Assembly (NCBI RefSeq): GCF_009914755.1
Contig: NC_060935.1
From: the human T2T-CHM13v2.0 reference genome, Homo sapiens
Length of the DNA: 64,000 bases
Direction: 5' to 3' (one strand)
In this document: one piece after another, positions 38,087 to 50,582 of the stretch
Position numbering within the stretch: position 1 is the first letter of the stretch
Layout of the letters: each line of letters begins with the position of its first letter
Made by a program: the position numbers and the translations under genes
Notes under the pieces: generated by a model
What the model was told of the DNA's origin: nothing
The model's input: only the letters and a program-made list of their open reading frames with translations
Databases searched by the model: none

Positions 38087-38432
38087 AGAAGGGTGCTGTC
38101 ATGGCCCAGCCCTGCCCTCAAGGGACACACAATCTGGTAAGGGAGGCAGACATGGAAACAGACTATAATAATTAGGGAGCTATAAAAGCACCCCACCCTG
38201 TGCCCCTACCCCACCCCCCATCACACTCCCCCTGAATTCTTCCTTTGCCCTCAGTCAGGCGCAAGGTGGGGGCCAGCCCTGGGAGGTGGCGGTCCCTGCC
38301 TGAGGAGGTGTGGGCAGGCAGGCTCAGCATAGAAGTGCTTTCCCTGAGCACAGCAACCCTCCCCGTGGGGTTGGTACCAATGTATTCTGCCTGTGGCTGT
38401 TACTTCTCAGCTCCCACCTTTCAAACTAGACC
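38087..38432 (+). repeat. Left arm of local inverted duplication
   Basis: Reverse complement of 39351-39813 (excluding the Alu); about 90% identity by eye. Confidence 0.95.
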
Positions 38433-38659
38433 AGGTTTCAAACCTGAGTGTTACCTTAGCGCTCTCAGCAGGCTTGGCTCTCTCATTGCGTGGATTGGAA
38501 TATAAGCATTATCCTCAGAAGCAACATCAGAAATGCAGATGGCCAGGACATCCTGGGAAGTCTGGCTCCTCCCAATCCCAAGTTCATCTTATACTGGGAT
38601 CCTGGCACGTGGTTCTTCATGGGGAGACCATTTGCTATTTAGTCGGACATTTTGTTTTA

Positions 38660-38850
38660 CGAGGTCTGGGCTGTAAGTATTCATTATGTGAACTTGAGTT
38701 AAGTTCCCTAACCTCTCTGATTCTGAGTTTCCTCATCTGTAAAATGGGATTACATTCCTTACTTCATATTATGAGCATTGAATGCAATGATATATGTAGG
38801 GCATGCTGGATATTGCCTAACATATAGTTAGCACTTAATAAATGCCATCC
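38660..38850 (+). mobile_element. MIR
   Basis: CCTAACCTCTCTGATTCTGAGTTTCCTCATCTGTAAAATGGGAT. Confidence 0.85.
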
Positions 38851-39350
38851 GTTTTCTCTTTTGTTCACGTAGTGATTAGTTTGATAAATAAAGACTCTTT
38901 GGCAATGAAGTTATGGTCTGTGAAGGAGGGAGAGAGGAGAGCCAGAAAGTCAATGTGCTCTCTAAGAGTGATTGCTAAGGAAATAGAGCTGTTTAGAGTG
39001 CAGTTATTTATTTGTAAAATAAACCACCCAGTATTCTACACAGTGTGAGACTATTTTTTTTTTAAACTGTGAAATGCAATTTGTATAGCATGATCTATGG
39101 ATTATTAAATTCACTTAGCCTTGAGCAAGGCCTGAAATTGAGCGATTATTTTTGGTTCTCCACACTCCCTCCCTTCCAGCCCCAGCTCCTGGTTCTGTTA
39201 AGCCATCATGAACCTGGCCTCCAGTTTGGGGAGCATGACCCAGCTGGGCTCTGAGCTGAGGAAAGACAAGTGTGGCCTGGTCCACAGTGATATAAGTGAT
39301 GTAGAGGGCTCTTGAAACACTCCCCAAGAGAAGATTCTGACGAATGTGGA

Positions 39351-39813
39351 GGCCTGATTTGAAATGTGGGAGCCAAGCCCGGAAGGCGGAGTTTGCAGTG
39401 AGCTGAGATCCTGCCACTGCACTCCAGCCTGAGCGACAGAGCGAGACTCCATCTCAAAAAAAAAAAAAAATGTGGGAGCCGAGAAGGAACAGCCACAGGC
39501 CCACAGGCAGAATGCATTGGTACCAACCCCACAGGGAGGGCTGCTGTGCTCAGGGAAAGCACTTCTATACTAAGCCTGCCCATACCTCCTCAGGCAGGGA
39601 CCGCCACCTCCCAGGGCTGGCCCCCACCTAGCACCTGACTGAGAGCAAGGGAAGAATTCAGGGTGTGTGTGTGTGTTGTGGGGGTGGGGGGGTAGGGGCA
39701 CGGGGTGGGGTGCTTTTGTGACTTCCTAGTTATTATAGTCTGTTTCCATGTCTGCCTCCCTCACCAGGTTGTGTGCCCCTTGAGGGCAGGGCTGGGCCAT
39801 GAGAGCACCTTCT
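39351..39813 (-). repeat. Right arm of local inverted duplication (contains Alu insertion)
   Basis: e.g. CCTCAGGCAGGGACCGCCACCTCCCAGGGCTGGCCCCCACCT is the exact reverse complement of AGGTGGGGGCCAGCCCTGGGAGGTGGCGGTCCCTGCCTGAGG in the left arm. Confidence 0.95.
39375..39470 (+). mobile_element. 5'-truncated AluY-type insertion
   Basis: GGCGGAGTTTGCAGTGAGC...GCGACAGAGCGAGACTCCATCTC + A15; 13-bp TSD AAATGTGGGAGCC (39362 / 39468). Confidence 0.9.
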
Positions 39814-41489
39814 ATGTCCGCAGTGCCTGGCCCAGAGCAAGTCAATGGCTGTGCTAAAAACAACAACTGTGGACTCCGGTGACCCCCCTCCCACCCCCTG
39901 GCCCTTCCTTCTGCAAATCTTTCTGGTGCTCTGCCCTCCACCTGAAGATTCGTGGCTTCATTCGGTTATGGTGAGAACTAACCAGACATCCATAGCAAAG
40001 GGCAGCAAAGAGCCTTTATTCACTTTTCTAGGGAAAGACATGACAGGAAGGGATGCCGATCTGAAAACTGTGTTATTTTCAATTCACCACTGGGACCTCA
40101 TTTTAAAAAATGAACTGCCTGAGTGTTTGGAATGGGGGAAAAGACCTTCTGGGACAACAGTGACAGCCTGAACAAGGAATTTGGAAATCCATGTACCACT
40201 GTACAGTGGAGCTGCAGGGGTGAGCAGCCGCATGGTACACATGGATTTTTAAAACCCCTCTTCTGAGCACCTGGGGAGTGGCTCAACACCTAATTTCCCT
40301 GCACAGCGTATGATTTGACTCCTCAGTGGTGACAGGTCACTTAAAATCAGCAGTATTCAGACCTGCAGGGCCACCTATTCCCTTCCCCTCTCATTTTTCT
40401 CTTTGTCAGTGTCTAAAGACCAGCTCCTTGAGCCATGGAGTGCTGGATGAAAACCATTTGGTAGCAGGAAAATGGCTAGGTCTATCCTTTTCTCACCGGA
40501 ACCAGCCTAGGCAAATCACTGGTGCTAAGCCCTGAAGTCATTTGTTACATCCTGTAGCATGAATGGCAAAAAACTTTCCAAATCCATTAATGGCTTATTC
40601 AAAACAGCACATAATTCAGAACCTTTGCCATTTCCCAGCTGACAAAAATGTCCTATTAATAAAAATATCAGAAACCACACATGTATAGTTTCACTTTGAC
40701 TTTTGAATTAATGTCTGATCTCCTGAGTTTTAAATTAACAAGATTTCCCTGCATAACCTATACAACTTCGTCATTCACAACTAAATCAAGCAGCTGGGTT
40801 GGCTTAATCAGTTTGGTTTGGCAGGGACGCGTTTGTGTAGAGTTTTCACCAAATGGCATGGATTTTCTTCCCTACAGAACAGGGTTGTGCGTGTGACAGG
40901 CTTGTGCTTGGTGTTTCTGAAGCCTCCTCATTGAAGCCACCTGTGCATTATGGTGCCAACTGGTGGGTGATCCTGTGGGTCTGCTGGGTGAGGTGGAGGT
41001 GTGTAGCAGCTTCTGAATGAGGTACAGAGTTACTTTTAGGGAGGATGAAACAACTTGGAAGCTTCTGATCAGAGTGGCCACTTAGTAAATCACCACCCAG
41101 TAGGGACTTCTCTGATTACCTTCCCATAATATACTGGCATAGAGAGCTTTAGCTGTCCCCAGGTTAACTCCACCCTGGGTCACATAGTATGAAAGAAGCT
41201 GACGGGACAGAGGGACATAGCTCTGTCTGCCCCTTGTTTGTATCTGCATCCCTCCATCTCCCCGTTGTTCCAAAACCGAGTCCCAAGCCTGCTGCCTATT
41301 GTCTCCACCTCCTCTCATTTCTCTGCCCCTCCCTCATTCTCTTCTTTCATGACTCCAAGATATTCCTAGAGATTTACTTGTATCCCCCAAGCAGCACAGA
41401 GTTCGTCACATCACAGAAAAGGAAGCAGATCTCACCCTAATAGATTCATTGTCCGTCTATACCTCTCCCCAAATGGTACACATTCTCTC

Positions 41490-42050
41490 TCCTTCCTTCC
41501 CTGCATCCTTTCCTTCTTTCCAACAGATATTTATTGAGGACCTACTATTATTCAGCTCTGTGCTGGGCTCTAAACAAACAGCAGTGGGGCTTACTGTCTA
41601 AAGCTGGAGACAGAGATTTTAAAAACCAAGTTCGCAAATACTAAAATAATTACAGGTGACTTGGGTATTGCACATGAGAAGTGTAGGATGCTAGGAGGAC
41701 AAGTCACAGTGAGACCTGGTCTGGAGAATTGAAAGGCCTGCCTGTCCTGAGGATGTTTTAGCTGGGACTGAACATAAGTCTGAGTTTCCTAGCAGGAAAG
41801 AAGGGAAGAGGGAGAGTTCTAGAGGAAGGAACAGCCTCACAGCTTGTGCAAAGGCCCTGAGGCAGAAAGGTGTTAAGCAAATGTAAGGACATGGAAATAG
41901 AAGCTGGCTGGAGTCTAGAGAGTGACAGAGCAACAGCAGCTGCTGAGGTGGGCAAGGACAGATCAGCAGGGTCTTGTAGGCCAGACCAAAGGTGGGTGTC
42001 TTTATCCTAAGTGGGAGAGGAGGCATTGAAGAGGATCAACAAGAAATGTG
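41490..42050 (-). mobile_element. L2 relic
   Basis: CAACAGATATTTATTGAGGACCTACTA; GTGCAAAGGCCCTGAGGCAG; TTTATCCTAAG. Confidence 0.8.
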
Positions 42051-42164
42051 TCTTTACCATGAAGTATCCTCATAACTACGGTATCAGCTGTTTCATCCTC
42101 ACTACGTGGTTCACGTCATTATCCTGTAACTATGCAACACCTGGTCAGTTCTATTAGGTTACAA

Positions 42165-42166
<2 letters not shown>

Positions 42167-42204
<38 letters not shown>
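42167..42204. repeat. (GT)19 microsatellite
   Basis: Perfect GT run. Confidence 0.97.
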
Positions 42205-42207
<3 letters not shown>

Positions 42208-42567
42208 GATTAATATTTCTTCTTCATTTCCTTTCCAGTCTTTTCACCTAAGTGGATAACCCTCCAGAGATCAGTTGAACTAAAGGCAAATTTAAGAGAT
42301 TGCTTTTAAAAAATTAAGAATCAAATAGTTATGGAAGAACTGCCATGTGCCAGGTATCATGTTGGGCCCTGACATATGGAGACGAATGAGGAAGATAAAG
42401 ACACAGCTGACAGGTTGGGAAGATGACCATAAACAAATGACCATATTGACCATGCCCTCTCTGTCTTCCAAAAAGACCTCTAGGACAGGTTCCTTGTCTA
42501 GCCACCATCCTCTTCCATAGCCCACTGTCTGGGTGAGAAATCCTCCTCTCTCTTCCACAGTCCTGTA

Positions 42568-42911
42568 CTGATGCTCCTTGATTTACCGTTGGGTTACATC
42601 CCAATAAACCCATTGTGAGTTGAAAACATCCTAAGTCAAAAATATGTTAATACACCTATGCTGCTGAATATCATAGCTTAGCCTTGCCTACTTTAAATGT
42701 GCTTAGAACACTTACATTAGCCTACATTTGGGCAAAAGTATCTAACACAAAGCCTATTTTATAATAAGGTGTGAATATCTCATGCAATTTTTTTGAATAC
42801 TGTATTCAAAGTGAAAAACAATGTATGGGTACTCAAAGTACTGTTTCTAGTGAATGTGTATTGCTTTTGTACGATCATATAATCAAACCATTGTAAGTCA
42901 GGGACCCTCTG
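42568..42911 (+). mobile_element. MER47A (Tigger-family MITE)
   Basis: CTGATGCTCCTTGATTTAC...GTAAGTCAGGGACCCTCTG terminal inverted repeats, TA TSD on both sides, internal CATAGCTTAGCC...ACTTACATTAGCCTACA. Confidence 0.88.
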
Positions 42912-42934
42912 TATTTCGACTTTCATAATAACAA

Positions 42935-43170
42935 TAAGATAGCTAACACTTAAATAGTGGTTACTATATGTAAAAGCTTTTTACATGTATTAATCCAATC
43001 CACAACAAACCTTTGCTATATCCCCATTTCACAGATGTTGAAATTGAGGCTCAGAGAAGTTAAGTAATTCCATCAAGATCACATGAACCCAAAATCACAT
43101 GGCTGGTAAGTGCGAGTTAGGGTTTGAACCCAGGCAATCTGACTCCAGAGACTGGGATCATAACTGGGAT
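42935..43170 (-). mobile_element. MIR
   Basis: CCCCATTTCACAGATGTTGAAATTGAGGCTCAGAGAAGTTAAGTAA...TTTGAACCCAGGCAATCTGACTCCAGAG. Confidence 0.88.
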
Positions 43171-44609
43171 TGCTACATGACATTGCTCATATTCAACTGT
43201 CCACTGCTCTGAGTTCCCCTCTCAATTTAGACAGCAGACACCTCGTGTTTTTTGTGCCCTGTAGATCCCCAGTGCTCAGCACTGTGGCTGGCTCATCACA
43301 GGTGTTCAAAATAAACAGGTGGATCCCAGCTGAGTACAAATGAGGCAAAGCAAAATACTGGGCAAGATATGGGGCCCAAGGAAGGAGAAAGCCTTTCAGG
43401 ATTGGAGGCACCAAGAAAGGATGCGTGTCCTTAAGAAGGGCTATTCTTGGGACTCTGACAAAGTGCTACCGGGCAGCAAGATTTAGATCAATTCAGGAAA
43501 ATTAATCTTTAACCTTAAACTGATGTTAGAAATGTGTTTAAGGGATCCCTGACTATGCTAACAGTTTTTGGAATGTGAATTTCTTCCCTAGACACCTTCT
43601 GGAGCCCCCATGGGCTGCCTGGATCAGCCTGAAATGTATGTCATCTATGTGGCCTTGCCCAAACTGCCCCATCTGCTCCTGAACCTGCAGGGGCTTGGAG
43701 AGCAGTCTAACCTGGCCTTGGAGCGGAGGCCATGTCTCTCTGCACAATCCTCAGGGCCCCCACAGCTCTCTCCTCCTCCTGAAATCCTTCCAGCCATGAA
43801 TCTAAACCCTTCGCTGATAAATCCTTTATCCTTTTAAATGACTCTGTTAGGTTTTGTCTCCTGCTCAAGGCCAGAGTCAGCCCTTTAGAAAAAGGAAAGA
43901 GGCCATCCAGAGCCATCCATTGGCCTTCCTGTCACTATTGTGCCTTAATTGAATGCCTTTATGTTGGGGGAGGCCATTACGATCATTTTTCCTTATTAAT
44001 TGCCCATCCATTTTTGCCTCTGAATAGCCTTCTTGGGCAATTTTGGACACCATCCGCTGCCACCGCCTTGGACGTAGATTCTGCTCACGGAGATGTGCTG
44101 GCTCCAGTGAAACAATGGTTACCGGGCTCTGAGTCTGCAACTTAAAGTGAACACTCCCCGTCCCTGGAGGCATTGTGATTCAGAGCACTGAGAGGTGAAG
44201 GCTGGGTCAGACTGCAAGTCCCAAGTTGGAGCACAGGGAAGCTGGAAGAAGGGCTGTGTCTCTAAATGGTTAGGTTTCAGCAGCTCAGGGTTGTTTTGAT
44301 GATACTGGGGCCTGTGGTGTCTGCAGAGGGAAAGCAGTCCGCCTGACCTCATAGGGTTGGGGGCCACAGTCAGCTGCAAATAGCTGCCTCAATGCTGGCT
44401 GAAAAAGTAGGTCCCCAAGGGGAGCTAAGAGGACACAGCCTGTCTGTGGCTTCTATTGAAGGAGAATGGATGTTTTCTTCAGGCCCATCACCCTGAGCAT
44501 TGGAGGTTAATGTTAATTGACATTTACTGTGTGCTGGGCCTGGGGCTTTAGACGAAGTATCCTGGACTGGAAGATCCCTGAGGACAGGGATCCTGTTTGT
44601 TTGCAAGTT

Positions 44610-45370
44610 TGTTCATTCTGAGCATTCTTATTGACTGCTCACTGTTTGCCAGCACTGTGCTGAGCTGGGAGGCAAGACAGACCCAGTCCTTCTGTCATGG
44701 AGCCTCCAGGAAGGTGGGCCAGGCTGATGATGGAACAGACCAGAGACTGTAACCGTGAATTAATGGGACACGTAACTGAAAGTAAAGGAGGTCAATGGCT
44801 AAAGATAATATTTCTAAGGAAAGGGCAATTGATTTGAGAAGGAGCTAGCAAGGGGAGTGTTGAGAGGTGGGAGCACCTTCCAGAAAGAGAGAACAGCATG
44901 TACAAAGGTCCTAAGATAAGACAAAACTTTGTGTCTTCAGGGAGCAAAAAGAAGGTCCTGTGGCTAAAACAGTGGTTCTTACTGTGGGTCTCTGGGCCAG
45001 CAGCAGCAGCATCACCTGCGAACAGGTTAGAAATGCAAATTCTCAGGCCCCAGCCCAGATTTACTGAATCACAGACTCTGGGGGTCAGGGGTAGGCAGCA
45101 AGCCTTCCAGGTAATTCAGATGTACCTGAGAGCTGGAGAACCACTGGACTTAAGCAAGAGGCAGAGTGACTTTAGAAGACTCAGAGAACTGGTAGGTCTT
45201 GGTAGGGCCAGGTTGGGTCAGGTAACTGCCATAGCGAGATTAGATTCTAAGTGCAATTGGAAGACACCAAAAGAGTTTCAGCACTTGGGTGATATAATGT
45301 AATATTTATTTACAAAAATGTTTATGGCTGCTATGTGGAAAAGTGATGGGTTGGAAGGTTGGAGACCAGC
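44610..45370 (-). mobile_element. L2 relic interrupted by MER5A
   Basis: TTCCAGAAAGAGAGAACAGCATGTACAAAGGTCCT; TGGCTGCTATGTGGA. Confidence 0.7.
44970..45146 (+). mobile_element. MER5A (hAT-Charlie MITE)
   Basis: CAGTGGTTCT...GTTAGAAATGCAAATTCTCAGGCCCC...GAGAACCACTG TIRs. Confidence 0.9.
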
Positions 45371-47084
45371 TTGGAGTCTGTTTACCATATCCCTAGCACC
45401 TAGAACCACAAGTAGTATATAGTAGGTGCTCAGTAGCTGTTTACTGACAGAATCATCACATTTTAGGCCACTATATGCTCTCATAGCACCCTGTAAATTC
45501 CATTCATAGTATTTGCTACATATGAAATTGAATGAATTGTACATAATCTCTCTCCCATTCTGCTGTAATTTCTACAAGGCAAGAATAGCTACTAGATATA
45601 ATGCCTGGCACTTAGGGCCTCAGTGAATATTTGTTGAATGAATAACTGAATATAACCACAGCATCTCTATGAATGGGCACTATTATTATGCCATTTTACA
45701 TGACAAGAGGTAAGTAAATTGTCTCAGGATCCCAGAGCTAGGAAGTGGAGGAGCTAGAATCAGAACTCATGCTCTTCAAAACTATGATAATTCCTCCCTC
45801 CTTTGTGCATTTACCTCTGTGCTATTTAAGGAAAACCATCAGTAGAATTCCAGGGTAATGTCTGTGCTGGCGAAACAGTCCCAGAAATTGCTCTTGAGCA
45901 ACGCACCAGAACCTACTGCATCAAAAGGCTGTGGATATTTGGGGGCCTGCCCGGTTGCCATGGTGTTTGACCTATAGAAGGCAGAGGCATCCTTCCTCCC
46001 CAGCTGTGGCTAAAGCCTGACCGTGCATATTCATGGTGGGGCCAGCCCTGCAGAGGGGGAGGGAAGGAGGCCAAGCCGGGCAGCACTAGCTTCTTCTGCT
46101 ATTCAGGGTTTGAGCACCAAGGAGGTATAACAATGTCATCCAAGCAACCTGGATTGCTCCCACCAGCTCCTCCAAGACAGTTGAGGACCCAACTCTGAAA
46201 AACATAACCGGAAGCCCCTGATTTACCAATGGAAAGAGGAAAGTAAAAGAGCGTGCATTTAAAGGATACCTGTGATATACCCAGTGTTCCTGGGATATTC
46301 CTTCATGTGATCTTGAAGCAGCCATCTAAAGGGCACTGACTGTGGGCAGGTGCCATGATAGATGCACAGTCACTGTTTCATTGACTCCTCGAAGTCCTTC
46401 ATGAAATAATGACTATTAATAAGTAGTGTCTATTGTGTGGAACAACCTTGCAGAGTAGCTATTATTATCCCTACTTCACAGATAAAGGGTGATGGGCCTG
46501 GAGAAAATGTCCATCCTCCCTAAATAGGAGCCACAGAGAGGCTGTGTTCTCACAGCTCCTCCCAATACCTACTTTCTTTCTTGGCCAGCATAGAGGCAGC
46601 TGTTTACAGCTGGCTTTGGCCCCCAACCCTACAAGGCCAGGTGGACTCCTTTCCCTTTGCAGATGCTACTGACCCCAGCATCATCAAGTCAACCCCAAGT
46701 CACTGAAGCTTAACTTTTTGGAGGCTTGGAGAACAAATAAATAACATGTCTGACCTCCCAGGTAAAATTGTTAGAGGTGGGATTTGAACCCAGGTCGTCT
46801 GACCCCAGAGCTCATGCTCTCTACCCCATTCTCGCTCTCCCTTTGGTGCAGTTTCCTGTTATGGCTGGACTGCTCCTTCCCAGGACTAGACTCTCCTGGA
46901 CAGATGCTGTCATCTGCTTAACAGGCTGATGTGAGGGAGGCAAACAGGAGATGAACCCAAATCCCTTCAGACTAGAGGTCCTGTGGTGCCATACTTGGAC
47001 ATGCCTTTTGCTTCCCACCTCTTAGGACTCGGCTCTTCTGTAAAGTACGGTCAAGGCAGGGTGGGAGTAGTTAACCTATTAGAT

Positions 47085-47780
47085 CTTTTCATTTATTTTT
47101 AAATACTTAGTGAGTTTTCATTATTTACTAGACCCTGCTCAAGGCTCAGGGATACAGGGATAAGTGAGACAGACAACATCTCTACTCTCATAGAGTTTAT
47201 ACTCTAAATGGAGAAGAAAAACAATAGCAAAATTTAAAAGGAAGAAAACAACAGCAGCAATGTCATTTTAAGGAAGTAATGATAAATACTGTGAAGAAAT
47301 CAAAATAGAGTAATGTGAGAGGAAATGCAGGGTTGACATACTTGGCTAATTCACATTGGGTGGTCAGGGAACACATCTCTAACAAGGTAGCTTGTAGGCA
47401 AGAAGGAGCCAGTTGTGTGAAGACCTCGGGACCTGAATGTAACGCAGAGGGGACAGCAAGTGCAGATGCTCTGAGGCAGGATCTGACCTAGTGAGGACGA
47501 GAAAGAGAACAATGGTCAGGGCTGGGAAGAGGGATGGAGGAGGGGCAAAGCCAGATTGTGGAGGGCCTTATTGACCATGGTAAGGAGTTTAGGTTGAATT
47601 TTAATTAGGATGAGAAGCCATTTGAGAGAGTTAAGCAGGAATGACACCCTCTGATTTGCATTTTTTAAAAGGTCACTTGGGCTGCCACATGAAGTGAAGG
47701 GTGAATTGTAGGGAGTGGGAGAGAGGAGAACAGGAAGGCCAGTCATCCCTGCAGGAGATGCCAGCCTGGGGTGTCACCAG
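47085..47780 (-). mobile_element. L2 (L2a-like) relic
   Basis: CTACTCTCATAGAGTTTATACTCTA; GGGTGGTCAGGGAA; GACCATGGTAAGGAGTTTAGG; GAAGCCATTTGAGAG. Confidence 0.82.
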
Positions 47781-48574
47781 CAAAGTGGAGAAAAGGAGAC
47801 AGATTTTGTAACAAGTTTTGGGGCACCACCGTCCTGGGCAGAGGGGAGAACAGAGATGCACGTGACAAAGCCCCCACCCTGAAGGGTCTTGCAGATGAGT
47901 TGCAAACTCATGTTTTGCCCCCAAGAAATAATTACAAAGAATTGAAGAGAATGAGGCACAGAAGTGGGTTGCTGGGACATGCACGGAATAGGGCACAAGG
48001 AGTTAGAGAAGAAAGATGGCAGGGGGTCCTCCCTTCCAAGCCCAGTTGCCACTCCTTGCCTTTCTTATGGCCTCAAAACCCCCATCTGGTCCCCCTCCCA
48101 TGATGGTTTGGCAGCAGGCAAGTCCCCTATATGACAGGCATCCTGCTTTCACCAGTCTGCAAGCCCAGCCAGACGACTGCATCTGGGAAATGGCAGTCTC
48201 ACTGGCGGAGGAGGTCCTGAGGAGTTCTTTGGGCCTGGTGCCCATAGCTGCCATCCTCCTGAAGCATGTGGATGAGAGGTCAGCCCAGTGACAGCCACAC
48301 TGTAGCAGGGAGTAGGCAGTGCTTGTGCTGGGTGACCAGCCAGCTGTGGCTGCTCCCAGAGCCCCTTCCCACAGATGTCTGGTCAAATGTAGAGGAAGCA
48401 TTAGGTGGGGGATCCTTTACTTGCACACGGAATGATTCACCAAAGCCTTCCTGTGCCTAAGCCACACATTCATGTGAAATATGATAAAGTCTAGCCATGC
48501 ATATGCCTTGGGAAATTGCCCAGGACCATTCCATGGCTCTCTGTCTCCTACAAATGAATTGTGATAATAGCTAA

Positions 48575-48790
48575 GATTTAGATTGTACCTACTATGTGTC
48601 AGGCACTTGTCTAAGTGCTTCATCTTTGTTAACTTATTTAGTCCTCATGATGACCACCTTTTATAGAAAAGGAAACCGAGGCACAGAGAGGTGAAGACTC
48701 CAAGTCCCAGAGCTAGTGAGAGGTGGAGTCAGGATTTGAACCCAAAAAGCCTTACTCCTGAGCCCATGCTTTTAACCAGTTCTCTACACA
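48575..48790 (-). mobile_element. MIR
   Basis: CTACTATGTGTCAGGCAC...GGAAACCGAGGCACAGAGAGGTGAAG...GGATTTGAACCCA. Confidence 0.88.
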
Positions 48791-49169
48791 TGTGAAGAAT
48801 AATGCTCAGACTCCTGTGCTAGCATGGGGTGCCCCTTGGCCCCTCATACCACCTTTCTAGTCATACCTCCTACCTCTCTGAGGCAGTCCTTCATGGCTGT
48901 TGAGGTCAAATGCTGAGATGGATGAGTGTGGATTCAAATCCCAATCTGCCACCAACTACCTGTGAGACTGTGCAGGCCACTGTTGCAGAGACAGCATGAG
49001 CCACAGCAGGGAGTCTTGAGTGTGCGTGAGCACAGGTGGTGATGTGGTGCTTGGGGCTGGGGAGAATAAAAGGAGATGAGCGTGGGAAGGCGGGCTGGGG
49101 TCCTTGTTGCTCAGGCCTAGAAAATGCTAAAGGCAGGGAAGAGCTACATCAATTGTAACTTCTGGTTAT

Positions 49170-49660
49170 AAGGAAATTTCCAGTTGTAAGTCATAGAAAG
49201 CCCAATCTATACAGGCTTATGCATAAAGAAATGCATTAGCTTGTGTCATTGAATTGACCGGGGGTAGCTGTCTTTGCAGGCCAGGCTAGGTCCAGGGGCA
49301 ACACACTATGCTTTTAAGACCTTGTCTTTTTGCATCTTTCCTCTCTGTGAGCTATGTTCTTAGATACTGGTGGCAAAGTGGCTGCCAACAGCCTTATGGT
49401 CAAAATCCTCAGTCTCCCAGAACAGAGAAAGTTTCTGCCTTAGCCAGAGTCCTGGGATTAGCTCTGAGTGGATTGAACAGACTTCACTCAGGTGATTTCC
49501 TTATACCTAACCCAATCACTGTGGCCTGGGGGAGGTGATCATCTGATCAGCCAGGCCTGGTCATGAACTCCCTCTAAGGTAGAATGAGTGGAGGACAGTC
49601 ATCTCTATTACCAGGAGAAGAGCTAAAGGGTGGCAGCAAGTAGGACAGATGTTTCCATAG
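49170..49660. mobile_element. MLT1K-like MaLR LTR
   Basis: CAGTTGTAAGTCATAGAAAGCCCA; CCAATCACTGTGGCCTGGGG; CCAGGCCTGGTCATG. Confidence 0.65.
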
Positions 49661-49999
49661 AGCCATCTAAGATGTTCAAGGAATGGAGTGGGATAATCAA
49701 CCAGTATTCTAGAGAGAATGCTATGATGGTTGTGTGGAGGTGAGTTTGAGACAGAGGATATAGGGGGTGTCTACTTGTGCTAGAAAAGATGCATTGGGTA
49801 TAAATACTGGAAAAGCCTTTTGGAATCAGATTGAGGAGCCAGGGTAAGGAATTTAGGCTTTTCTCTAGGTCTTGGGAGCCACAGAATGTTTTTGAGCAAG
49901 AAAATGCTATAGCCTGAGTTGTGTCTTAGGATGATTAATACTGCAGGAGCAGTTAGGGTGGATTGCAAGTGGGGAGAAGATGCCCTTCCAAGACTTATC

Positions 50000-50530
50000 A
50001 GCATGGTGTAGTGGATAAAGCAAGAAGTTTAGACTTGGAGAGATTAGGATTAAAATCCTTGTTCTGCTACTTTTTGTGTATCTCTGGGCAAGATACTTAA
50101 CCTTTCTTTGCCTCAGTTTTCTCATCTGGAAAATGGGATAATAACCTGAAAGGAATAGTGTGATTTAGAAAATGTCTTTAGAGCACTCAGCATGGTGTTT
50201 CACACATAGTCAATACACAACAAATACTAGTTTCTTTCCTTTTTCCTTTCTCTTCTTGTGATCCAGGGACCTGATTCCACTGAAGAGTTTGAGGAAGTAG
50301 CTGCTGACTTAAAAAGAATGTGGGGTTGGGCTTTGAAGTCAGAGATCTGGGTCAAATCCAGCTTTCTTATTTACCACTTCTGTGATTTTGGACAACTTAA
50401 TTAACCTCCCTGAGCCTCTTTTCACATTTGAAAATTTTCCTTTATAATCCCACTTTACCTAACAAATAAAGTACTCAGCATGTTGCCCACCTGGCACATG
50501 GTGGGTGACCCCCAAATAGTAGTTATTAGA
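50000..50530 (+). mobile_element. Two MIRs (~50000-50230, ~50320-50530)
   Basis: GGGCAAGATACTTAACC...GCCTCAGTTTTCTCATCTGGAAAATGGGATAATAA; TGTGATTTTGGACAAC...AACCTCCCTGAGCCTC. Confidence 0.8.
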
Positions 50531-50582
50531 TTTCATCATTTAAAAAATTCCTTTGGTAGCTTCTTCCCTTGCGCTTCCCAGG

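Noticed and set aside
38245-39583. Paralogous small proteins (ORFs 38245+ and 39206- share [25 protein letters not shown])
   Set aside because: The similarity is a by-product of the inverted duplication; frame-breaking indels differ between the arms and one ORF runs into an Alu
45950-45970. RFX X-box (GTTGCCATGG)
   Set aside because: Only one good half-site; not enough without chromatin data
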